Below are positions 18,138 through 24,133 of a stretch of DNA of 24,133 bases, one piece after another. How positions within the stretch are numbered: position 1 is the first letter of the stretch; each line of letters opens with the position of its first letter. Origin of the DNA: a virus (taxonomy: Duplodnaviria > Caudoviricetes); IMG/VR virus record IMGVR_UViG_3300032218_000876, positions 1-24,133 of that record; one strand, given 5' to 3'. The position numbers were made by a program, and so were the translations under genes. The notes beneath the pieces are model-generated. The model saw only the letters and a program-made list of their open reading frames with translations, searched no databases and was not told the DNA's origin.

Positions 18138-18230
18138 ATGGAAAAGAAAATTACTTTGCTGGACTGGATAGGCACTGCCTTATTGGGAATAGTTTTGGGA
18201 TGTATGCTGGCTTATGGTTTGCTGGCATGA
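18138..18230 (+). CDS. 30-aa single-TM micropeptide (MEKKITLLDWIGTALLGIVLGCMLAYGLLA); not in the ORF track
   Basis: Strong AAGGAG RBS overlapping the GATase stop; basic N-terminus followed by a hydrophobic stretch. Confidence 0.7.
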   Translation: MEKKITLLDWIGTALLGIVLGCMLAYGLLA

Positions 18231-18286
18231 CTTATTTACTTGTCATTCTATTTATTGAATTACTGATATTGATGTGGGAACTGTAA
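18227..18286 (+). CDS. 19-aa hydrophobic micropeptide (MTYLLVILFIELLILMWEL)
   Basis: ATGA overlap with the previous stop; ends ~20 nt before the terminator. Confidence 0.4.
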   Translation: MTYLLVILFIELLILMWEL

Positions 18287-18308
18287 ACCAGTAAACCCTT
18301 AAACCTAA

Positions 18309-18343
18309 AAACCCCTAGACTGACACTCTAGGGGTTTATTTTT
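18309..18343 (+). terminator. Intrinsic terminator of the plus-strand operon (possibly bidirectional)
   Basis: AAACCCCTAGA-7 nt-TCTAGGGGTTT followed by ATTTTT; A-tract on the other side. Confidence 0.85.
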
Positions 18344-18407
18344 GCCTAGATGATAGGTAGGTATCACCAGCACTGCAAAACCCTGCCAGTGCCAGATTAA
18401 AGCTCTG

Positions 18408-18509
18408 CCAGATGCAGTCCAGCTCCAGATGCAGTCCAGCTCCAGATGCAGTCCAGCTCCAGATGCAGTCCAGCTCCAGATGCAGTCCAGCTCCAGATGC
18501 AGTCTAGCA
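18408..18509. repeat. 17-bp tandem repeat CCAGATGCAGTCCAGCT, 5 perfect copies plus 1 variant
   Basis: Units start at 18408, 18425, 18442, 18459, 18476 and 18493. Confidence 0.95.
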
Positions 18510-18520
18510 CTTAAGCAGCA

Positions 18521-18580
18521 TATATAATTCGATTATCTATTATATGTCCTTGATTATATTAGATAATATTATTTATTATT
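18521..18580. repeat. AT-rich GATTAT/GATAAT array (right flank of the island)
   Basis: GATTATC at 18531, GATTAT at 18552, GATAAT at 18562; shares words with 15097-15194. Confidence 0.65.
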
Positions 18581-18617
18581 AAAAAAGCCAGCTGTCCAAG
18601 CCTGGCAATTTTTTTTT
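18581..18617. terminator. Possible weak bidirectional terminator downstream of the primase-helicase
   Basis: AAAAAA-GCCAG...CTGGC-AA-T9; short stem. Confidence 0.35.
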
Positions 18618-18639
18618 ATATATTTCAAAATCTATATGG

Positions 18640-18688
18640 AGACGCTTTTTTCGATTAGGTTTGATAGACGCAATTTGCGATTAGGTTT
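18640..18688. repeat. Imperfect tandem duplication, 26-bp period (AGACGC-N6-CGATTAGGTTT x2)
   Basis: Copies at 18640-18662 and 18666-18688, abutting the primase-helicase stop. Confidence 0.7.
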
Positions 18689-20991
18689 CATTTAACCAAT
18701 ACCATCTTAGGTTGCGGGTTCTCCTCAACCAAACGACGCAATTCAGACTTAGCAAGATCTGCCATTTCTGGACACGCAAAGATATGTTTTTTAGTGTCAA
18801 AGTCTCTGGACTTGAGCCTGCCACAATCAATCCAGCCAGCTTCTTTGAGCGCATGAAGCAACGCTGCTTGCGGTACTTTAACGCCAGATGGAGCCGAACC
18901 AGCCAGACGATCACATAGCGCATGAAATGGCGAACCAATAACGCCTTTATTAAATTCGCCTACTCTGTTGCGTAACATTTCAACCAGATATGATTCAGCC
19001 ATGCTCATGCCATGCTCAACTAGATTAGCCTTAAACTCTGTCCACATCGGCGGCGCAGATGGGTTGAACTTAGACACATCACGGCTATGCAAGAACTGAG
19101 CGATAGCGGCGAATCCACCGGCACGATACCAGTCCCACATCTGTTTGGCTTTGTTAGAATCCATGCGCTCTGCCGTACTCCATACGCAGAACCATCGGCG
19201 GTCTTGGGAAGCCAGACTAATAGGTACAGGGTCATTAGAGAACGCAAGCACAAACAGGCGGTTTGCCATCATGTAAGGATGTAAGCCCTTGCGGTTAATT
19301 GGAAGCATCTCAGGAGGCGCAGCAATAATTGGCTTAAGTTGATTAGCCAACTGTCTGCGTGTCGCTGCGTCAGGCTCTTTCAACTCATTAATAATCAGAA
19401 TCTCGGACTCCAGCTGATAGCCCCATTGGCTATTAACTGAGTTGTTGTCCATGATTCCACGGTTCTTCAAGTGATCTCCGCAGACTGCCCAGATGAATGG
19501 CGCCCAGAAAGTGTCCTTGCCAGAACCCTCATCACCAGCGTGAAGGATTGCGTGGTTGACCTTGATCTCAGGGTGTTGCACCTTGAACGCCATCACGTCT
19601 AGGATATGGTCTAACTCTGCCTGCTCTGGCACTAAGTTCTGGCAGTGATCCATCCACATAGATATGTCTGTAGACGCTTTTTGCGAATCTATTGTTGGAC
19701 GTGCGTCGCGCCAGCGGTTGCCGAACAAGTCGCCATCACGGGTAACAATGACATCCTCACCAGCTGCGTAAGTAACGCCGACTAAAGCCTTTGCGCCCAT
19801 CGCTTGACGGTTCTCGTCAAAGCAGATTGACGCTTCTACCTTACGCCCTGTATGAATAGATTTGCATGACACATGACGGAACAGGGCATTGAATGTCTGA
19901 CGGCTAACCTCACGGCGGTCTTGCATATCAAAGTAAGATTCGTCATCTTGAATGTAAGCAAAACGCTCATACCAGTTCGCCTTCTCAATGCGGCCAAGCT
20001 CTTTGCGCTCTACTTCGGCGATTACTTCGGCTGCAGTATCTCTGTAGACGTCATTTGGGGTTAGTTTAGACAATGCCATATTCATTTTTTCGGCTAATAA
20101 CTCATCACGCAAGCCGTGATCAACTTCAGGGCCACCATTATCGGCTACCCAATCAAGAAACATTTGCGAACTAAACTCGACACAATGACCATGCAAGCAG
20201 CAGAACGAACGATCAAGGGGCTTGTATCGGCCCTCGATGTTGCCGTCGGTGTGTTGCTCATTATTTGGGCAAACAACACCCATCCAACCCTCGCCATTGG
20301 CAGGCGACATGATTAGCCCCTGTTCATTAAGCCACGTCACAACTGAATCCTTGCCAGTGTCAGCAAGGCGAATGGCTATGTTGGTAGCCGTGTCAGCAGG
20401 ATCAGGCACCACGTCAAGCGCAATACATATATCTTCTAAGTTGTATTCACGCTCAGGGTGGAACGCCACAAGCGTTGATACAAAGTTATTCTTACCAGGC
20501 TTAAGGTTAACAGAACCGGGCAGTCTAAAGTTACGCACGGCGTTAGTTGCGCCTGGGTCTGTATAGCCTGCCTTGGCAATCGCTTTAATGGCTGCGGTAA
20601 AATCGCCCTTAGTTGGCTGTTCTTTGAACGCATAGCCCCATTGGTAAGAGCCTTCGGACGTTTCCATGATCCATGTAGGCGCAAGGGGCGGCTCTTTAGA
20701 TTTGGTACCGATGTCATCTAACATCATCACAAGGACATATTCGCAGTTAGCTGCTGACGCGGACACTTTGCCATCAGCAAAGCGATCAAGTATAAATGAG
20801 CCTGTATTGCCGTAAATAGCCCAATCTTTTTTGAGCTTGGCCGTTGGCAAAAAAGCAGGCCAAGTGCATTTAATCGTGCCATCAGCGTGCATTTGCGTTA
20901 ATCCATTACCATCTAACTGTGGTTTTTGGCGTACAACTAGGGCTGTTTCACCCTCTGGTGCTAAGTTCGTGATATATTCTAAAAAGTTCAT
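18688..20991 (-). CDS. Primase-helicase (RepB-like AEP primase + Cys/His Zn domain + SF3/DUF5906-like P-loop helicase)
   Basis: 'MLDDIG', 'METSEGSYQWGY', 'RNFRLPGS'; 'CPNNEQH...CLHGHC'; Walker A 'GDEGSGKDT', Walker B 'LIINE', 'FSN', 'DRRW'. Confidence 0.88.
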   Translation of the reverse strand: MNFLEYITNLAPEGETALVVRQKPQLDGNGLTQMHADGTIKCTWPAFLPTAKLKKDWAIYGNTGSFILDRFADGKVSASAANCEYVLVMMLDDIGTKSKEPPLAPTWIMETSEGSYQWGYAFKEQPTKGDFTAAIKAIAKAGYTDPGATNAVRNFRLPGSVNLKPGKNNFVSTLVAFHPEREYNLEDICIALDVVPDPADTATNIAIRLADTGKDSVVTWLNEQGLIMSPANGEGWMGVVCPNNEQHTDGNIEGRYKPLDRSFCCLHGHCVEFSSQMFLDWVADNGGPEVDHGLRDELLAEKMNMALSKLTPNDVYRDTAAEVIAEVERKELGRIEKANWYERFAYIQDDESYFDMQDRREVSRQTFNALFRHVSCKSIHTGRKVEASICFDENRQAMGAKALVGVTYAAGEDVIVTRDGDLFGNRWRDARPTIDSQKASTDISMWMDHCQNLVPEQAELDHILDVMAFKVQHPEIKVNHAILHAGDEGSGKDTFWAPFIWAVCGDHLKNRGIMDNNSVNSQWGYQLESEILIINELKEPDAATRRQLANQLKPIIAAPPEMLPINRKGLHPYMMANRLFVLAFSNDPVPISLASQDRRWFCVWSTAERMDSNKAKQMWDWYRAGGFAAIAQFLHSRDVSKFNPSAPPMWTEFKANLVEHGMSMAESYLVEMLRNRVGEFNKGVIGSPFHALCDRLAGSAPSGVKVPQAALLHALKEAGWIDCGRLKSRDFDTKKHIFACPEMADLAKSELRRLVEENPQPKMVLVK

Positions 20992-21014
20992 TTGTAATAC
21001 CTTTCGTGAGGTTT

Positions 21015-21044
21015 GCCCCCTAGCTCATCACTAGGGGGTTTTTT
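21015..21044 (+). terminator. Terminator-like hairpin oriented antisense to the flanking genes
   Basis: GCCCCCTAG-CTCATCA-CTAGGGGGT-TTTTT; the U-tract is on the + strand only. Confidence 0.6.
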
Positions 21045-23028
21045 ATTTGCCGTATCGTTGCATCGCATGAATTTCTACACCTAATGGAATCCCCTTAGCC
21101 CAATCAGGCGGGGTACACATCACTTCTTCCATGCGTTTTTTTATTTCTTCGGGTTTATCTGTTTCGACCACAATTTCATCATGGACGTGAAGAATAACAT
21201 CATCCAGTTGACGTAGAGAATGTCTAAGTAAATCATTGGCAACCGCTTGCGTGATGTTTTCACAGGCTAATCCTTTCCATAATCTTGCTCTAGGCCATTC
21301 CTTTGCATCTGCTGCGGGCTTCCATGCAGCTTTAGCGTATGTAACCCCATCGCTTTCTAGCTTTGCATAGGGGTAGCAGAGAACGCGCCCAGAAGGTAAA
21401 GCATACCAAAGATGCAAGCCATCGAACAAGTAAGTTACGCGTCCTGCCGAGAACTCAAAACCTTTATTACGCATCGCCCTTGTATACGCTGATTCTAGGT
21501 CTTGCCAATAGGGAACTGCCCAAGGATTTGCTATGCGCCATGCGTTTACCATGCGTTTAGCTTGCGCTTCAGGCAAATGCACACCATAAATGCGACCCAT
21601 AGCCGCAAACGCGCCCACGCCGCCACCAAAACCGCAAGCTAGCTCTTGGACTTTGCCGATTTGACGTTCTTCCGAACCGTCGTTAGCTTCGTATTCTGCG
21701 TAGAGTTGTTCGTATGACTTACGGAACGTGATGACGGCGTTGTGGATATAGACATCTTCCCCTCTTTCAAAAAGCGATAGCTTCGAAATACCGGCGTCTG
21801 AATTGGAAAGCCAAGGGTTGACCCTAGCTTCAATTCCTGACCAATCTGCAACAACGAGTGATTTTCCAATTGCAGGGATGAGAGCTGGTCTAAGCATCCC
21901 TTTAAGGACGTCGGTGACTCGTCGTCCAAAGGTAGGGACAATTGCGTGGCTTCTAACCATAGCTTGTCTAACGGCATCAGGATCCTTAGCGCATTTTCTT
22001 GTGAAGTTGTGGACTTGGGCGCCGTAGCTACTGGCGCGCCCTGTAGCTGATCCCCCAGCGAACACAAACGCACCACGAACGCGGCTATCTTCTTCATCAG
22101 CTAAATCCTTTAATCGGTTGAACTTCGCAACACTAGACGCCCATAAGTCGTCCGCACATTGGATAACATCTGCAACTTCCGGCGGTATTTGGTCGGGGTT
22201 TTCTTCAGCAAAAACAAGTAAGTTAGCTCGAACTGACTTGTCGATCGAATATTTCTTGTCGCCATCTTTATACACTTCCATTAACTTTTTAGCTTCATCG
22301 CCGACACGCGCTAAGACCCATTCACGCATCTTAGGGCTGCGGACGGAGGTGATCTCACCTTCAGTTACCTCAGCAACGAGCTTTTCAATTTCTTCTAATT
22401 CTTCGCCAGCATACCGCACTGCGGCCTGCGCTAGCGGTTTATCTAACAGCACACCGCGATCATTGATGCGCTCATTGACATGGTAATCCATCAGCTCATC
22501 CCTTGACAGGTCACGCAAGGCTTTAGAAATGGCACGCATAGCACGCACGTCTTGCTCACAATAGGCAACCATCTCAGCCATCAGCGTAGGATCATCGTTG
22601 AAAGTGCCATCGACTTTAGGGATGGATAACAGGCGAATCAACTGATTGCCACGGTGATCTTTACGCATATTAGTGCTAGCGAATCGACCGACATCCTCAA
22701 GGCTGCCAGGCGCGCAGTTGGCACGGGCTTGCGCCGCTGTACAATAGAACTGTTCTAGCTTTAGTTCTGGGATACCTTTGTCCGGCGCAAGGACGTACCA
22801 CCAGATCAAGCGCTCAAACGCGGCATTATGCGCCCGCAACTGACCTTTGAAGTTAGCCACACGCTCAGGGAATGGCTGGTCAGGCGTCCATGTAACGACA
22901 TCCTCATCATCAAACGCATAAGACATACATAGCACCCGCGTGCTAGGGTCTTGGGCGTAGTTGTACACACCCTTTGTCCGCAGATCACAACGACTGCGGG
23001 TTTCAAAATCAAGCCATAAAAGGCTCAT
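21043..23028 (-). CDS. polA: DNA polymerase family A (phage type) with N-terminal 3'-5' exonuclease
   Basis: Exo 'LDFET' and 'AHNAAFE'; 'TGRASS...Q.HN'; motif A 'ADWSGIEARV', motif B 'RQIGKVQELACGFG', motif C 'HVHDEI'. Confidence 0.93.
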   Translation of the reverse strand: MSLLWLDFETRSRCDLRTKGVYNYAQDPSTRVLCMSYAFDDEDVVTWTPDQPFPERVANFKGQLRAHNAAFERLIWWYVLAPDKGIPELKLEQFYCTAAQARANCAPGSLEDVGRFASTNMRKDHRGNQLIRLLSIPKVDGTFNDDPTLMAEMVAYCEQDVRAMRAISKALRDLSRDELMDYHVNERINDRGVLLDKPLAQAAVRYAGEELEEIEKLVAEVTEGEITSVRSPKMREWVLARVGDEAKKLMEVYKDGDKKYSIDKSVRANLLVFAEENPDQIPPEVADVIQCADDLWASSVAKFNRLKDLADEEDSRVRGAFVFAGGSATGRASSYGAQVHNFTRKCAKDPDAVRQAMVRSHAIVPTFGRRVTDVLKGMLRPALIPAIGKSLVVADWSGIEARVNPWLSNSDAGISKLSLFERGEDVYIHNAVITFRKSYEQLYAEYEANDGSEERQIGKVQELACGFGGGVGAFAAMGRIYGVHLPEAQAKRMVNAWRIANPWAVPYWQDLESAYTRAMRNKGFEFSAGRVTYLFDGLHLWYALPSGRVLCYPYAKLESDGVTYAKAAWKPAADAKEWPRARLWKGLACENITQAVANDLLRHSLRQLDDVILHVHDEIVVETDKPEEIKKRMEEVMCTPPDWAKGIPLGVEIHAMQRYGK

Positions 23029-23210
23029 TTCTCTTGTGCCTTTCTTAGCATAGACATTTTTGCTATTAAAGTTGTTTTCTTTTTAACTTCATAAACTTCA
23101 ACAACTCCATCATCCCTATAATCTTGTGCGTATCGCATAGCTTCATCTAAATTATTAGCACCAGCACACCATTCACCACCACAATAAATATCGTAATCAA
23201 TTTCTTTCAT
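23025..23210 (-). CDS. Hypothetical protein, 61 aa, ending LRKAQEK
   Basis: ATGA overlaps at both ends. Confidence 0.7.
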   Translation of the reverse strand: MKEIDYDIYCGGEWCAGANNLDEAMRYAQDYRDDGVVEVYEVKKKTTLIAKMSMLRKAQEK

Positions 23211-23230
23211 TTCTCTTGTGCCTTTCTTAG
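23025..23230. repeat. 24-bp exact direct repeat TCATTTCTCTTGTGCCTTTCTTAG at 23025-23048 and 23207-23230
   Basis: Read directly; encodes LRKAQEK-stop and the next ATG. Confidence 0.9.
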
Positions 23231-23536
23231 TATTAACTGTGCAAAATCAAAATATTGACTGCAAAAATGTTCTCTACCTTCAGTAGCTTCTTCCCAACAT
23301 TCTTTCATTTCCCATTCTGTTAGTGTCTTTGCTGGATGGGTGTAGAGTGGAATCCAATCATCGGATGGCGGTGTATTAATAAACACTACGCATTTATTTG
23401 TTCTCTTGTCCATCCACGCTACTGGTTCATTGTTCATTTCTTCAGCTTTAAACCCAGCATCTTCATAACCTGGATGATATGGAGCTTCATCTACAAGCGT
23501 TTTGATTTCGCCATTTTTGTGATGCGTAACTTTCAT
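23207..23536 (-). CDS. Hypothetical protein, 109 aa, with 'EPVAW...IPLYTHP' module, ending LRKAQEK
   Basis: AAAGGA RBS; motif typical of variable small phage proteins. Confidence 0.7.
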   Translation of the reverse strand: MKVTHHKNGEIKTLVDEAPYHPGYEDAGFKAEEMNNEPVAWMDKRTNKCVVFINTPPSDDWIPLYTHPAKTLTEWEMKECWEEATEGREHFCSQYFDFAQLILRKAQEK

Positions 23537-23565
23537 TTGTTTATCCTTTACTGTACTTTATGGGC

Positions 23566-23655
23566 GGGGTGTCGATTTGGTTGCTACTACACGCGTGATT
23601 GAAGGCAGAAAAAACTCACGTTTGCAACATCCTCGAATGTCTGCCTAACCACCCC
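23566..23655 (-). ncRNA. Candidate structured intergenic RNA with a pseudoknot
   Basis: Nested stems GGGGUG/CACCCC, GUUGC/GCAAC, CGUGA/UCACG, a small CAUU-CGAG-GAUG hairpin, and 7-nt AGGCAGA/UCUGCCU loop complementarity; family and strand not established. Confidence 0.5.
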
Positions 23656-23661
23656 TATTCT

Positions 23662-23805
23662 TTACTCTGCTGCTTCTTCTACGGCAGGCTGCGCCGCTTG
23701 CAACTGTGCAATCGCTTGCGCTTTGATCTTTTCAACAAGACCAACATTCAAAGCTGACAGCACTACGTTTACTTCTTCAATGCTAAGTTCGATATTCAAT
23801 AACAT
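23662..23805 (-). CDS. Small acidic helical protein, 47 aa (MLLNIELSIEEVNVVLSAL...)
   Basis: AAAGGA RBS right after the upstream stop; true start likely 23805 rather than 23988. Confidence 0.7.
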   Translation of the reverse strand: MLLNIELSIEEVNVVLSALNVGLVEKIKAQAIAQLQAAQPAVEEAAE

Positions 23806-23815
23806 AATATTTCCT

Positions 23816-24133
23816 TTATGAACGACGACGACGCGCTGGTGCGGCTTCAGCTTCAGGCGCTTCAATTGCAGGCGCTTCTTCTTTAGCTTCAACTTCACCA
23901 TCCATACCTGTCCAATCAATAACTTTAAAAATTGGGGTATAGATGCGACCGTACGACTTGTGGGTGTAATGCTCTTTGCCAAGTTCAACCACGGGTACTG
24001 GCTTGTCTTGGTCTTTTTCTACTTGCGTAGCAATCGCCACAGCTAGGGCTTGAACCGCTTTTTTACCACCAACAGATGTAGTGGTGTAACGCGCTTCCAT
24101 TCCTTTATCCTCACCATCAAGGCACTTGATAGA
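23816..24133 (-). CDS. 3' part of a replication-module protein, possibly ssDNA-binding; truncated by the window edge
   Basis: Frame open to the edge (SIKCLDGEDKGMEARY...); 'HY.HKSYGRIYTPIF.VIDW' motif, acidic/Pro-Ala tail ending RRRRS; upstream of polA. The SSB call is inference. Confidence 0.6.
   Translation of the reverse strand, partial: SIKCLDGEDKGMEARYTTTSVGGKKAVQALAVAIATQVEKDQDKPVPVVELGKEHYTHKSYGRIYTPIFKVIDWTGMDGEVEAKEEAPAIEAPEAEAAPARRRRS

Noticed and set aside
18083-18286. 67-aa ORF from the track
   Set aside because: Overlaps the GATase end with no RBS; better explained by the 18138 and 18227 micropeptides
18408-18509. CRISPR array
   Set aside because: Units are contiguous 17-mers with no unique spacers, and no cas genes are present
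15020-18690. Transposon or integrative element as the explanation for the island
   Set aside because: No transposase or integrase, terminal inverted repeats or target-site duplication was found
16078-22486. Antisense or alternate-frame ORFs within the amidoligase, primase and polA genes (e.g. 16583..17056, 21639..22097)
   Set aside because: Fully nested in strongly supported genes with no independent signals
23566-23655. tRNA, or hammerhead/HDV ribozyme assignment
   Set aside because: No T-loop/anticodon cloverleaf, no CUGANGA/GAAA core, and I could not fit the HDV topology
23806-23988. Long form of ORF 23662..23988
   Set aside because: Overlaps the upstream gene out of frame; a good RBS supports the start at 23805

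Overview
A 24 kb piece of a tailed dsDNA phage genome with a P22-like head module. A freshwater Betaproteobacteria host is a plausible guess from the gene families but is not demonstrated. Nearly all genes are on the minus strand. Right to left: SSB-like fragment, small ORFs, family A DNA polymerase, primase-helicase, then terminase small and large subunits, small basic proteins, GroES, portal, a Dps/ferritin-like protein, a tail-fibre/LamG/tailspike block, scaffold, P22-type coat protein and small virion proteins. The exception is a ~3.7 kb plus-strand island (~15020-18690) between terS and the primase-helicase. It holds a COOH-NH2 (amido)ligase, a class II glutamine amidotransferase and two unannotated hydrophobic micropeptides. 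These have their own sigma70-like promoter, a Fur-box-like operator and a terminator. The island is bracketed by matching GATAAT/GATTAT arrays and contains ~17 DnaA-box-like 9-mers and a 17-bp tandem repeat. By eye it lacks GATC, CCGG, CGCG and CCWGG while being rich in CCAG/CTGG, which looks like a first-entry (leading) region. Other highlights are a candidate pseudoknotted ncRNA (23566-23655) and a 24-bp 'LRKAQEK-stop/start' gene-joint repeat. All counts were made by eye and no database searches were run.
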